Of a stretch of 64,000 nt of DNA, positions 1-10,050 are shown piece after piece; within the stretch, counting starts at the first letter, position 1, and every line of letters begins with the position of its first letter. A program made the position numbers and the translations under genes. This stretch comes from an uncultured virus (IMG/VR IMGVR_UViG_3300020256_000017) (Duplodnaviria; Heunggongvirae; Uroviricota; Caudoviricetes). The DNA lies in the IMG/VR virus record IMGVR_UViG_3300020256_000017. One strand, given 5' to 3'. The notes below the pieces were generated by a model. The model was given only the letters and a program-made list of their open reading frames with translations, had not been told where the DNA came from and did no database searches.

Positions 1-240
1 GCAAAAACTCGTAAGAAAACAGCAATACGTAAAAAGGCGGTATCACCGCCGTTGGGGAACGAACTGACCTCAACTGAAAAATCAGGGGAGTTAGAGACTG
101 CATCAAATGATGTGTCCCTTGCGCGCTCACGCTCGCAAGCTGACATAAGACCGTCATCGACGGCAAGTCTCGCGCAAAGAAACTCCCTTACAACAATGGA
201 CACCAGCGAAGCTGGTGTCTTGGAAACTCGATAGCTTTAG

Positions 241-459
241 CTACGAGTAGTTCATTTTGTCTACATACCTTAACCAGAGGAAACAAAGGCACATCAAGTT
301 GATGGCTCCGGCGCCTATGATGGCATAGAATGCACTGGGCTCCACCGCGCTCCTGTCAACGCCGATGACTGCGCATATAAGCAGTAACAGCAGGCTGAAT
401 GCGCCGAAGATGAGTGCAATCACGCACCAGTGATACTCCTTGGCAACAGAAAATCCCAC
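241..459 (-). CDS. Small membrane protein
   Basis: Two hydrophobic segments; overlaps upstream stop. Confidence 0.55.
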   Translation of the reverse strand: MGFSVAKEYHWCVIALIFGAFSLLLLLICAVIGVDRSAVEPSAFYAIIGAGAINLMCLCFLWLRYVDKMNYS

Positions 460-743
460 TATGCTTCAACCTCATCAAACAGAGCCATGTTGAAAAAGGT
501 CTTTTCAAGGTGATAGTTAGACATCCCCGTAACCAAATCAATATCTGAGATGCGTACAGTGTGCGACTTTGGATCGGCAATAGCCACTTTAACATGAATG
601 TTAGAGGTGTTCATGACTATCGAGTGCGGCCGCAGAGAGCCATCCTCCAACATCATGGCCTTGCCATCACGCCCCATATTTTTGCGAACAAGTGCTCTAT
701 GGGCCAACAAGTCGATGGTGCGCGCTTCCTGTGAGCGAGCCAT
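459..743 (-). CDS. Hypothetical protein
   Basis: ORF in coupled operon. Confidence 0.6.
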   Translation of the reverse strand: MARSQEARTIDLLAHRALVRKNMGRDGKAMMLEDGSLRPHSIVMNTSNIHVKVAIADPKSHTVRISDIDLVTGMSNYHLEKTFFNMALFDEVEA

Positions 744-1084
744 TAGAGGGGGGCTCCATTTTTGATAGCAGGAAATAGCGTGCTGTTGAGAAAATTATCA
801 AAGTCAGCTTGCCCTTGCTGTGTGAGCGAACCTTGGTCACACTCGAACGAAAAACACTGATTATTGAACTCAACATCAACAGATTCACCTACAATATCAC
901 CAGTAGGCTCTTGAGCGTCTATTTCGTTACTGGTAATAAAAACAATGTCACGTTGTGTCGTGCATAACGCTGCATAATTAAGTAGCATAAAGTCATTGTT
1001 TTCAAATTCTGTTGTGTGGGTGCCAAAAAGTTGCATAATGATGCTCCGGTGCGGTTGTGCCCACGCATCAAGCAATGGGCGCAA
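743..1084 (-). CDS. Hypothetical protein (start uncertain)
   Basis: ORF in coupled operon. Confidence 0.55.
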   Translation of the reverse strand: MRPLLDAWAQPHRSIIMQLFGTHTTEFENNDFMLLNYAALCTTQRDIVFITSNEIDAQEPTGDIVGESVDVEFNNQCFSFECDQGSLTQQGQADFDNFLNSTLFPAIKNGAPL

Positions 1085-1105
1085 TGTGAATGAGTGAAAG
1101 GTATG

Positions 1106-1534
1106 CTATGCGCTTGCGTGGTGACGATTTTGCTTTTTTAGCGCGGCAATTTCTTCTTTCATTAGTGTCGACAAACGGTTGCGTAGTGGTGTTGGAAGAT
1201 ACGCGTCATTGTCTTTGTCAGCTACCTCTCTAATCCAAGCGTCAAGCCCTTTCTGCCAGATTGCGGTAATCTCCTTTTTGGCCTCATCAGAGGGCTCTCC
1301 GCCAAGATTGAAGTTTCTTACCCGCAGGATACTCGGGTTCAGCCAATCATGGTCAGATTCATCGCTGAGAATGACTAATTGGTAAATCAGATTCTCATAC
1401 TGCATGAGAATGCTGCTACCGCTTGGCGAAAAAAACATAAGTTTGCCGTTATTGGCATCATCTTCAGTGATGCCGGTGGCGCGAAACGCGGTGCCGGTGA
1501 TGCATGCGATGCATCGAGAGGTGCTCTCTATCAT
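1106..1534 (-). CDS. Hypothetical protein
   Basis: ATGA overlap with upstream gene. Confidence 0.65.
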   Translation of the reverse strand: MIESTSRCIACITGTAFRATGITEDDANNGKLMFFSPSGSSILMQYENLIYQLVILSDESDHDWLNPSILRVRNFNLGGEPSDEAKKEITAIWQKGLDAWIREVADKDNDAYLPTPLRNRLSTLMKEEIAALKKQNRHHASA

Positions 1535-1758
1535 GGTTTTTCCTTGTTGTTTTTTTGTTTCGCCAGCTCAAGGGCGTAAAGAAAATCATCGGCAAGGCTT
1601 TCGCCTCCGCTGTCAAAGTCGTGTTCATTGCCATCCGGGTCGATAATAGACATGCCGGAGCCGTGCAGTTCAATATCAAGTCGTACTTGCCAGCCCTCTG
1701 GGAGCTCGCCTGCACAGGTGTTGATGGCATCATTGACGCTACATGGATGAGTGGGCAT
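1531..1758 (-). CDS. Hypothetical protein
   Basis: First gene after cassette. Confidence 0.65.
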   Translation of the reverse strand: MPTHPCSVNDAINTCAGELPEGWQVRLDIELHGSGMSIIDPDGNEHDFDSGGESLADDFLYALELAKQKNNKEKP

Positions 1759-1984
1759 AAATGTTAACCTTATTTGTTATCGCTGGGGCGATGTGTGTTG
1801 ACAAAGTTAGTATCTCAAAAGCTGCGAGTGTTGTCAAGGTTTTTGATGTGCGGTGAGATAAGAAAAAGCCCGCACATGGCGGGCTGAGGTGAGTGTGTCA
1901 GCACATCACCAAGGTACAAAAATTAGCATTAAAGCGGTTGCGAACTGTGTTGCAGATAATGCCAAGAGCCGATACTGAGGCGAC

Positions 1985-2377
1985 CTAATGGCCGCACACT
2001 TCAGCCAGTGTTTGCCGAGTGATTTCCTCATCAAGATCTTCCGGTGTGTAGAATGACAACGTGTCATCACTATTCCAGCGAACAGCCATCAATTCACCTT
2101 CCCACTCGTCATCTTCATCGCGTTCACCCTCACGGATTTGACGCTCATATTCTTCTACATTTTCAGCGATACATGCTTCGATTTCACTGCGTACATCAAG
2201 GGCAGGAATGGCATCCTCGACATCACCTAAAGAGCCTGTTGCGTATTGGCCGCACATACAAAAGACAACCTCAGCAAAAAGCACTTCGCCGCGCGAAAGT
2301 GTGTCGGTGATTTGGTCGCGTTTTTCGCCCTCAAAGGTATCGATAAATTGACGTTGTGCGTGAGTCAGTGCGTTCAT
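1985..2377 (-). CDS. Acidic hypothetical protein
   Basis: Cassette plus RBS. Confidence 0.75.
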   Translation of the reverse strand: MNALTHAQRQFIDTFEGEKRDQITDTLSRGEVLFAEVVFCMCGQYATGSLGDVEDAIPALDVRSEIEACIAENVEEYERQIREGERDEDDEWEGELMAVRWNSDDTLSFYTPEDLDEEITRQTLAEVCGH

Positions 2378-2449
2378 GGTAAATCTCTCTGTTGTGTTGA
2401 CAGGGTTAGTATCTCAAAATCAGTGTGCGTTGTCAAGCCGTCAGGTGAA

Positions 2450-2890
2450 TTAAATCACCCGACCTGCTTCTTTTTCCGACTGATACTGCCACTCATTGAG
2501 CAGAATTTCCAAACGACCTTTGTTTACCCATGCAGCCTCACCAAAGGCTTTAACGAGATATTGTGACATGATAACACCGTCGGCAGTCATCACTTGACGC
2601 TCGGCGTACGCGCGTCGTGTGAAGCTTACCGTGCCACCCGTGTTTCGCTGACAGACCACCAGCATTGGTGCGGTAGACAAAATGTCGTCGCACTGCTCCT
2701 GTGTTAAATCTTCGGTGAAGTCGGTTAGGTTGCTAACCACCTTCGCCAGCAGCTGTCCGTCCTGCATAATGAGCTTATCGCCTGCATGTAGCGGTGCACC
2801 ATTGAGCTGATTGTACAGTTCCGCACCTTGCGGTGGCTGAAGCCCATCACGAGTATCGACATAGCGTAAGTGGTAGCAGTTGGCATCCAT
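2450..2890 (-). CDS. Hypothetical protein
   Basis: Cassette plus RBS; start corrected. Confidence 0.7.
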   Translation of the reverse strand: MDANCYHLRYVDTRDGLQPPQGAELYNQLNGAPLHAGDKLIMQDGQLLAKVVSNLTDFTEDLTQEQCDDILSTAPMLVVCQRNTGGTVSFTRRAYAERQVMTADGVIMSQYLVKAFGEAAWVNKGRLEILLNEWQYQSEKEAGRVI

Positions 2891-2976
2891 AATAAAGTTC
2901 CTGTTGTGTTGACAGGAACAGTATCTCAAATGCTGTGTGAGTTGTCAATGTTTTTATTGCCGTGCCACAACACAAG

Positions 2977-3474
2977 TTAGCTCAAGCGCTCGACATTAAC
3001 ATCAAACTCGGCATTGACTTCATCAACGTCGTTGTCAATGAGAGTGCAAGTCACACGCTTGTCGCTGATGAGCGCATCCAACGCGTCTTTTTCGTCGCCA
3101 TGCTCGTCAAGTGATGCTGTCCAATCTGACTTCTTAATGTCGTAGGTGATGCTTTGATCAACAATGGCGTTAACGCGACAGTATTTTTGCACGCGAACGA
3201 TACCATTGCCGCTTTCATCATGAAGATCTTCAGCCAAGTCTTTAAGCGATTCGTACATGGCCATCACGCCCGTCTGGTAATCTTGTGAAGTCACATCTAC
3301 ACCTGCGATAAAGTGACCTAAAATAAGCGACTCAAGGTGCGCGACGGCAAGGTTAAATGCTGCATTGCCTTCCGTGTTTTTCATCTTCATGTTAGATGAT
3401 ATTGAGGCATTGTTTTTGTTTGTTTCACAGTGTGAAATGGTAATACCCAGATAGCCTACATTTACAGTTTTCAT
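2977..3474 (-). CDS. Hypothetical protein
   Basis: ORF with RBS. Confidence 0.65.
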   Translation of the reverse strand: MKTVNVGYLGITISHCETNKNNASISSNMKMKNTEGNAAFNLAVAHLESLILGHFIAGVDVTSQDYQTGVMAMYESLKDLAEDLHDESGNGIVRVQKYCRVNAIVDQSITYDIKKSDWTASLDEHGDEKDALDALISDKRVTCTLIDNDVDEVNAEFDVNVERLS

Positions 3475-3550
3475 ACTCTTCCCTTCGTGGTGGTGGGGGG
3501 TTAATTTGTAGTGAAGGAAAGGCGAAAATGATATCTCGCCCTTCCGTGAT

Positions 3551-3988
3551 TTAAAGTAAATTGTAACGGCGGACAAGCTCTTCTACTTCAGGCTCCACAA
3601 GGTTTTTACCAAGACATGAAGATACAGTGAAGTACTTGTCGACAATGCGCTCATAAAGATGTAAATCAAGTTCATCAGCTTTCATATTACTGACACTGTC
3701 ATCGATAACGCTTTCAGTGAGCGTGATATTGCCGTTGAGGAACGCTGTTAACGCGTAAAGTGTCTGGTAATTAGCGATGAAGTGAAAATAACCATTGTCG
3801 TCCTCAATAGCCAATGCCGGAGGAAGATCGATGCTAGATGCAATCATCTCGACGGCGGCGGTAGCAATCAGCGACAAGTCCTTGATGTCTGCCACATCAG
3901 CCGGAAAGGTGTAGCGGCCTTTTTTGATGAGCGTATTAAGATTCTCAATCGTCGTCTTTCGGGTGTAAGTAATAAGCTTCATTTTCAT
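3551..3988 (-). CDS. Degenerate DUF262/ParB-like protein
   Basis: LPPALAIEDDNGYFHFIANYQTLYAL resembles the DGQQR region without its signature residues. Confidence 0.45.
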   Translation of the reverse strand: MKMKLITYTRKTTIENLNTLIKKGRYTFPADVADIKDLSLIATAAVEMIASSIDLPPALAIEDDNGYFHFIANYQTLYALTAFLNGNITLTESVIDDSVSNMKADELDLHLYERIVDKYFTVSSCLGKNLVEPEVEELVRRYNLL

Positions 3989-4041
3989 GACAAATCGTCC
4001 TCGTTGATGCAAGGCGCCATCGCACCTTGCACCACTCGTTA

Positions 4042-4515
4042 TTAGTGTGCGTTGCTGATTTCAGCGTTAATTTCGTTGAACAGCGTCGTCAATGGTTTCC
4101 CCATTAGCGCTACGTAAAACGCATCTACTGCTGCACGTGATGCAGGTGCCGCTTCAGACCAATGAAGAATAACCTTGCCGGTCTCTTTAAGCGGGCATTG
4201 GTCGTCGCTGGTGATAGCGTCTATCATAACTTCAGTCCAGTCGACGAAACGACTCTTAGCTTTCGCATCTAACGTGCTCAACGTCCACCCGCACGCCCCA
4301 AGCAGCGTCCAATCAAGTAGACCTTTAGCTTCATCGCACATTTTCATAGCAATGGTCATTGCGGCATCAGCATCAAGCTTTAAATTCGCATCAGCGTTAA
4401 GTAGCTCGCTCTGCATGGATGGCAGTGTGTCACTGACATCACTGTAATCTGGCAGTGATGCGATAATGTTCGCAGGAATAACAAACGGTGCAATGGTAGA
4501 TGTTGGGGTCGTCAT
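4042..4515 (-). CDS. Hypothetical protein
   Basis: Cassette plus RBS. Confidence 0.7.
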   Translation of the reverse strand: MTTPTSTIAPFVIPANIIASLPDYSDVSDTLPSMQSELLNADANLKLDADAAMTIAMKMCDEAKGLLDWTLLGACGWTLSTLDAKAKSRFVDWTEVMIDAITSDDQCPLKETGKVILHWSEAAPASRAAVDAFYVALMGKPLTTLFNEINAEISNAH

Positions 4516-4646
4516 AATGGCGTCCTGAGTTGTTGTGTTGACAGATACAGTGTCTCAAAACCTGAGTATGTTGTCAAGCATAAAAAGAAAACCTTATTAA
4601 AAATAAACCCATTGACAACACTCCAAGATTTATGGATAATAGGCTT

Positions 4647-4845
4647 AACACGTATGACGCCACACCAATTGGTTGATGGTGGTGTATGTGAGGCGGCGGC
4701 CTTGGCTCGTCTACAACTGCATAACGCAGTGCTGATAACGCAACGCAAACATCCATTTACGATGACGCAAAAAACATCATACTTGTTCACGATACGTGAC
4801 AAGTTGAGGAACGTAGACGCAACCTGTCATACTATGAGGAATACG
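4647..4845 (+). ncRNA. Pseudoknot leader RNA L1
   Basis: Promoter TTGACA(4612)-17-GATAAT; CGTCTAC 4708-4714 complementary to GTAGACG 4813-4819 in the loop of hairpin 4797-4829, preceded by GGAAC. Confidence 0.65.
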
Positions 4846-5616
4846 ATGATGTATTATCGCTGCGATAACTGTAACTTTACGCAAAATGAAAGCGAATTTA
4901 ATGCTGTAAGACGTGCAAGTGAGCGCTTCGATAGCGGTCAGTCTTTCACAACCTGCGAATGCCCCCTTTGCTCATGCTTGGCGTACCCTGTCGTAAAAGG
5001 TGAAGTTAACACTTATGTCAACAACCCTATGGCAGAGGTAAAAGACGAAGCGTCACTTTGTGTCACTGAGGAGCACGTCAAGCGCATCCTTGCTGACACA
5101 CTCGATATCACGATAAATACGGATAAAAGTAAAGGGCGAGACCGCCTCCGCGATATTACCTTAAAACTTATCGGCTTCCCGAATGGCGAACAGCAATTCA
5201 AGCAGAGTTTATTGGGTGATGTAACCGTTCACTGCATGGCAGAATACGCCATGCAAGATATTATTGAAACGAGTGATACGAAGCGCTTTACGCTTTATAT
5301 TAATGAAAACACCAATGAAGAGTGGGTGATGCCAGATGCAAGTTCAACCACACTTATGGGTGCAGATAAAGTAAACATCGGCGCTATTGACCAATTTGAA
5401 GAGCATGTGATCGACCGCATTCAGGACGTTTACTCTGTCGTCGCCATTCATGTCCCTGTTGGTTTCGATGGAAGCAGCGAAGATGTTATGGAAACGCTGC
5501 GTAATAAGACTGGGTTTTTGGCTTGTTTTCATGACATCCAAACGACATCAGGCCTTGCTGTGGTACCACGTGATGATATTCCAGAAGGATGTTTTTTAGT
5601 TACGCTTTCGAGTTAG
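4846..5616 (+). CDS. L1-associated protein: zinc ribbon plus shared helical motif
   Basis: CxxC..CPxC; RLRDITLKLIGFPNGEQQF; RBS GAGGAA. Confidence 0.75.
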   Translation: MMYYRCDNCNFTQNESEFNAVRRASERFDSGQSFTTCECPLCSCLAYPVVKGEVNTYVNNPMAEVKDEASLCVTEEHVKRILADTLDITINTDKSKGRDRLRDITLKLIGFPNGEQQFKQSLLGDVTVHCMAEYAMQDIIETSDTKRFTLYINENTNEEWVMPDASSTTLMGADKVNIGAIDQFEEHVIDRIQDVYSVVAIHVPVGFDGSSEDVMETLRNKTGFLACFHDIQTTSGLAVVPRDDIPEGCFLVTLSS

Positions 5617-5625
5617 TGGGTGATC

Positions 5626-5654
5626 AAAAAAAGGGCTGCGCTTGCAGCCCTTTT
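5626..5654. terminator. Intrinsic terminator
   Basis: A7-GGGCTGC..GCAGCCC-T4. Confidence 0.75.
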
Positions 5655-5697
5655 GCTTTATGTTGACAGCACAGGTTGATGTTGATATTATTTTCAC

Positions 5698-5910
5698 CAT
5701 AGCGCTGCCCATTTGCATGTTATGCATCTGATAAGCCGGTGCTTGGGACGGCATCCCTCTACGGCCACTCGCCGACCTGTCTTATGGTCTGCCTGAGTAA
5801 GGTAAACTGCATCAACCACTATTTGCATCAACCACAATATGACTTTTTAGTCGGTTGTTGGGCAATGGCCGAACTCATCACCTTATACCGACGACAAAGA
5901 GGATATTATT
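5698..5910 (+). ncRNA. Pseudoknot leader RNA L2
   Basis: Promoter TTGACA(5663)-17-TATTAT; CGGCCA 5762-5767 complementary to TGGCCG 5866-5871 inside hairpin GTCGGT/ACCGAC (5850-5892). Confidence 0.65.
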
Positions 5911-6525
5911 GTGTTTATTATTATTGATAGCAAACATTCACTCGACCAATTTTCAAAAGACACTGCGCAGCACACGAAGATGCCCGCCACGCGACTGCGA
6001 AGCGCCATCGCAAAAGGGCAAAACTGTGCTGATATTGCGATACTAACCAATCAATTAACACCGGCACCGGTGATTGCTCCCTCTGCGGCTATTGATGGCC
6101 TGTACAACTGGCTAAAAATCCAAGCGAAAGCGGGGGCGTTACTTGACGATACACACGAGGTTAGGGCGTCAGACGTGCTGGCCGCCCTCCCCCCTAAAGC
6201 GCATGTATTTCAACAGAAGCATAGCGATGAAGATGCGCCAAATGATGCATTGAAAGCATGCGAGCAAAAAATAAATATGTGGAAATCACAAGTGTCATCA
6301 AACATATTGGACGCACAGCAAGTGGATGATATGAGCGATGTGCCCGCTGACGCGCACGAGTCTACCGCAGAGGCGTTAAGTGATGATGCGCGAGAGCTGG
6401 CCAACCACCCCTTGTTAAAAGAAGCCCTGGTGACACTTGAGCAGCAAGGCCTGGTTGATGTTGCTGAGATCATGGGCAGCATTGTGAGGAACAGTTTAGA
6501 GTATGACGTATTAACGTCGCGCTAA
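5911..6525 (+). CDS. L2-associated protein, paralog of 60616-61287
   Basis: IDSKHSLDQFS / IDSSQSLDDFS; LYNWL / LYWWL. Confidence 0.75.
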   Translation: MFIIIDSKHSLDQFSKDTAQHTKMPATRLRSAIAKGQNCADIAILTNQLTPAPVIAPSAAIDGLYNWLKIQAKAGALLDDTHEVRASDVLAALPPKAHVFQQKHSDEDAPNDALKACEQKINMWKSQVSSNILDAQQVDDMSDVPADAHESTAEALSDDARELANHPLLKEALVTLEQQGLVDVAEIMGSIVRNSLEYDVLTSR

Positions 6526-6600
6526 ATAAGAAGGGCAAAAGCAATTGGAAAATAGGTCATATGGTGGTATAATTTAACTTCACCACCAAGGAGAAAAGCA

Positions 6601-6981
6601 ATGTCTGAAGTCACGGTAACACAAGTGCATTTAAGTGCGCTTATCACAAAAGAAAAAGCCATGCATTTAACGCTCAGAAAGAATAAGCATGGTTTCTATT
6701 TTAGCAATGCCTTAAACCCACTGTCGGGTAACATTCATATCGGCAGAACGTTAAAAGGTGTTGATATGCAGGCGCTCACTTCAAAGGTTAATGCGTCTAC
6801 ACCATCAAAGGCCGACCTCGAAACAATGAAGTCGGAATTGTCGCATAGTATTGCAGAGCACACAAAGCGCATCGTAATGCTGGCTCAAATGGCGGATGCC
6901 GACGATGAACTGGTTGCTCTTGCGGAAGCATTGAATGAACAGAAGCGTCGACTGGCCGTTGTTATCGACCTGCTGTGCTAA
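6601..6981 (+). CDS. Hypothetical protein, coiled-coil C-terminus
   Basis: TATAAT promoter, AGGAG RBS, terminator. Confidence 0.7.
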   Translation: MSEVTVTQVHLSALITKEKAMHLTLRKNKHGFYFSNALNPLSGNIHIGRTLKGVDMQALTSKVNASTPSKADLETMKSELSHSIAEHTKRIVMLAQMADADDELVALAEALNEQKRRLAVVIDLLC

Positions 6982-7002
6982 TGCCGATAAGAAGCAAAAG
7001 TT

Positions 7003-7030
7003 AAAAAAGCGCCTTATTTGGCGCTTTTTT
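7003..7030. terminator. Bidirectional terminator
   Basis: A6-GCGCC..GGCGC-T6 between convergent genes. Confidence 0.8.
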
Positions 7031-7056
7031 GTTGCATATCATAAACGTGTTGGCGT

Positions 7057-7776
7057 TTACATATTGCAGGCGCTTTTCATTTTATTGATGACGCGCAGTT
7101 CGTGAGGGAAATACTCAAGGGAGTACTTTTTCATAATGCCGTCAAACTCACCCAAATACTCACAGCGGTAAGGTTGATAGGGCGGCATCCAATCAGTCGG
7201 CCCTTTTGCCGATTTCTGCCTGTTTAATGATGCGCTAACAGGGAGAAGGTTGTCCATATCGTTGGCAAAAGCACGCTTTTGAGCGGCGCTCCATTTATCA
7301 CCACCGTGCGCATGCGCATAAGCAAGGGGCACAATGTGGTCAATATCAAGATCGTCGTCGTCATAATAGAATTTGCCGGAGTAGACGCCATACCACTTCC
7401 CCCGTGTCACATAACATCGTTTGATAATGTTATTGTAAAGAACGGGGGTCGTTGAGTGAGCAATCAAGACCTCAGCGCGCGTGTTCTGACAATCATTATC
7501 GTCATCCACCCAGTGTTCCCATGCGTCGCGATCATAGCGTTCGCCTTGCGGCAGGTTGTCTTTCGGTTTGGTGCCGGTGTAATTGCGCGGTGCGCGTCCA
7601 CCAGAATCAATACAGGCCTCCATGGTGGCATAGGCTGTGAAGTTCTTCGTTTTTTCATACCAGCTGCTGCTGGTGTCGTGGCAAATACCGCTACTGCTTT
7701 TCTTTACGACATCAACAGCGAAAGCCGATGTAGACAGAAAGACAGAAAACAGCAAGGTGACAAATGACGTACGCAT
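7057..7776 (-). CDS. Secreted HNH nuclease (DUF1524-like)
   Basis: Signal peptide MRTSFVTLLF..AFA; DIDHIVPL..FANDMDNLLPVSASLNRQK. Confidence 0.85.
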   Translation of the reverse strand: MRTSFVTLLFSVFLSTSAFAVDVVKKSSSGICHDTSSSWYEKTKNFTAYATMEACIDSGGRAPRNYTGTKPKDNLPQGERYDRDAWEHWVDDDNDCQNTRAEVLIAHSTTPVLYNNIIKRCYVTRGKWYGVYSGKFYYDDDDLDIDHIVPLAYAHAHGGDKWSAAQKRAFANDMDNLLPVSASLNRQKSAKGPTDWMPPYQPYRCEYLGEFDGIMKKYSLEYFPHELRVINKMKSACNM

Positions 7777-7882
7777 AGTGTGTCCTTGTTGGTGATTATA
7801 ACGTGGTGATGTTGGCAGCGTGTCATAACAGGCTGCCGTTTCGTGCAACGTACCTAAAAGTGAGAAGTGGCGAAAGTGCACC

Positions 7883-8368
7883 CTATATGGTGCATGCACC
7901 ACCCGCACATCCGCCCTCTGCGGAAGCTAATTCGGCAAGAATTTCTTCTTCAGATCGGCCTCGTGCAGCGGCACGCTCTGCCTCTGTCATCATTGACCCT
8001 GCGGTGCTGCGAGAAGCCGTCAAAAACGCCCCTTCGTTTATCCATTGCTCTACGATGATATCACGAATTTTTTCATCTGGCGTGATGCTGTGAAGTGACA
8101 GGGTTTCGATGATGGTCGCTTCAGCCGCACACACCACTGCTTGTTCATAAAACGACAATGGGCGACGAGTTTCTGTTAAGATGAAGTCAGGGTCAAGCTT
8201 GCCTACCTTCGTGATCACATCCTGCTTGCCCATATTGATGGTGGCTTGAAAGGCTGCGATTGCCGCAATACTGACAAGTGAAGCGATAGATACAGTATTT
8301 TTGTTCTGCTGAACAACGGTGTTCAAATCAGATACAACGGGCGCGAAAAGATTAAAGGTTTTGCTCAT
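7883..8368 (-). CDS. Hypothetical protein with C-terminal CAGGACTI
   Basis: Cassette-driven ORF; tail like that of 56293-56784. Confidence 0.75.
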   Translation of the reverse strand: MSKTFNLFAPVVSDLNTVVQQNKNTVSIASLVSIAAIAAFQATINMGKQDVITKVGKLDPDFILTETRRPLSFYEQAVVCAAEATIIETLSLHSITPDEKIRDIIVEQWINEGAFLTASRSTAGSMMTEAERAAARGRSEEEILAELASAEGGCAGGACTI

Positions 8369-8456
8369 GGTTTTCTCTCTGGTTGTGTTGACGATTAAAT
8401 TGTCTCAAATTTGAGCAAAAAAGTCAACATAAAACGATTTGTTGTGGTGGTTCGCC

Positions 8457-8972
8457 TTACGGAAAAGTCCGAAGGCGTGCTATGACACTGGGGCGAAAAT
8501 TGATTTTCACGCTTTCTGCATCATAGCCGTGGAGGTTGTTTTTAATACCATGCAATCCTAACGTCAGCATTAGCGCAAGGCGCGTGGTGGCTTCCATAAC
8601 CGTATCACCCGTCAAGTAGGCCGCTTTGCGTGAATCGTCAGGGGAAAACGTGGTATTGTTTTTACGAAGCGGGATGAATTTGTCGCCTGTTGCATCAAAA
8701 CGCTTGGCGTTAATGCGAAACGACTTTTGAATGATAACTGCGTGGACAGGGTTGGTGGCAGGTGAGAATTCAACCATGTTGCCGTGTTCCGCTTCAGGAA
8801 AAGTTATACTCATGACACGCTCAAGCTTTGGCGTCACAGGAACTTCTGTACGGCCTGTTGCGGTATTGATGCGAGGTGACAATCTCATGGCATCAGCAAG
8901 CGCGTAATTAAGGGCTTCACCTGAAAGTTGAAGCAAAAAGATAAAATTGGCATGTGCGTAAGCTGAGTTCAT
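8457..8972 (-). CDS. Hypothetical protein
   Basis: Cassette-driven. Confidence 0.7.
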   Translation of the reverse strand: MNSAYAHANFIFLLQLSGEALNYALADAMRLSPRINTATGRTEVPVTPKLERVMSITFPEAEHGNMVEFSPATNPVHAVIIQKSFRINAKRFDATGDKFIPLRKNNTTFSPDDSRKAAYLTGDTVMEATTRLALMLTLGLHGIKNNLHGYDAESVKINFRPSVIARLRTFP

Positions 8973-9043
8973 GGGGCTAACCTTTGTTGTGTTGACAAGG
9001 ATAGTATCTCAAATTCGATGAGCGTTGTCAATAAGTGATGAGA

Positions 9044-9196
9044 TTAATCAACATCACTTTGCTTAATAACCGTGGTACCTGTTAACACATACGTTTCGCC
9101 ATTTAATTCATAAATGCCGTCTGTGCTTTCGCTGTCAGCGTCACCGTAAGTCTTGATGCCAAGTGATAGTAGTTCATGGAATGTAGGTAATGCCAT
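9044..9196 (-). CDS. Small hypothetical protein (50 aa)
   Basis: GGAGG RBS; below ORF-track cutoff. Confidence 0.55.
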   Translation of the reverse strand: MALPTFHELLSLGIKTYGDADSESTDGIYELNGETYVLTGTTVIKQSDVD

Positions 9197-9259
9197 GGTG
9201 CCTCCCGCTGAAGTAAGCGGCACAACCCTTTGCTGTGCCGTTGTGTTTGCTGCTAAGGG

Positions 9260-9964
9260 TTAAGCGCGTCTGCGTTTGCCGCGAGACAAGTTGAAACGAT
9301 CATGATGCATCTGTTCGCCTAGCGGCCCGAATCGAGAGGATACAGATGTGCTTTCTGTGCCATTTTCCTCTGCGGCTTCACGAGAATGCTCATCCTCAAA
9401 ATACCATTCCCCCCCTTCGTTACGTCTCCATTTGTGCTTCGACAATGCGGCAGATACCACACCGTAAGTGCCGGTGTTTTGCGCGTCTCGAACGGCATGG
9501 TTGTCCCATTCTACGAGCCAATGCAGCGTCCCTGAGCCGTCACTGCACTGCTCTAGCGTGAACGTGCCGTCATCGCAATCAATGCTAAACTCAGTTTGCT
9601 TGTTGGTTAATGTAGGGAAACTCCCCATGCGTGGTTTTGTCAGCGCGCCATTTTTGCCGCGAAACATTTCATCGCGAAGTTTGTCTAAATCGGCTTCTGA
9701 TGACTCAAAGCCGTTTGAGTAAACGAGGCAGTTGTGACTTTCACGCGGAGGGTTAAGGTAAAGTGTGCTCTTAGAGACCATGCTGTCAAACGCACGCATG
9801 CGCTCGCGAGGTTTAATTTTGGCCAGTTTGGCGTGCATCTTTAAGGCGTTTTCGCGTAATTCAGCGATGTAATTGTTGTACTCTTTTCTTACAAGGCGTA
9901 CAAAAGCAGGGTAGCCTGACTTAGAAAAGTGAAGTGTGCCCCATTGTTTCTCAAAGGTTGACAT
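9260..9964 (-). CDS. Hypothetical protein
   Basis: Cassette plus AGGAG. Confidence 0.75.
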   Translation of the reverse strand: MSTFEKQWGTLHFSKSGYPAFVRLVRKEYNNYIAELRENALKMHAKLAKIKPRERMRAFDSMVSKSTLYLNPPRESHNCLVYSNGFESSEADLDKLRDEMFRGKNGALTKPRMGSFPTLTNKQTEFSIDCDDGTFTLEQCSDGSGTLHWLVEWDNHAVRDAQNTGTYGVVSAALSKHKWRRNEGGEWYFEDEHSREAAEENGTESTSVSSRFGPLGEQMHHDRFNLSRGKRRRA

Positions 9965-10050
9965 GTTGTTATCTCCTGTTGTGTTGACAAGGTTAGTATC
10001 TCAAAACCTGTGTGGATTGTCAACAGGTTTACGTCTATTGCTGCATTACA

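Noticed and set aside
4612..4845. N-terminal 78 codons of ORF 4612-5616
   Set aside because: The TTG is a -35 box; the region is leader L1 and the RBS precedes ATG 4846. Similar upstream extensions at 25936, 42781 and 60293 were also trimmed.
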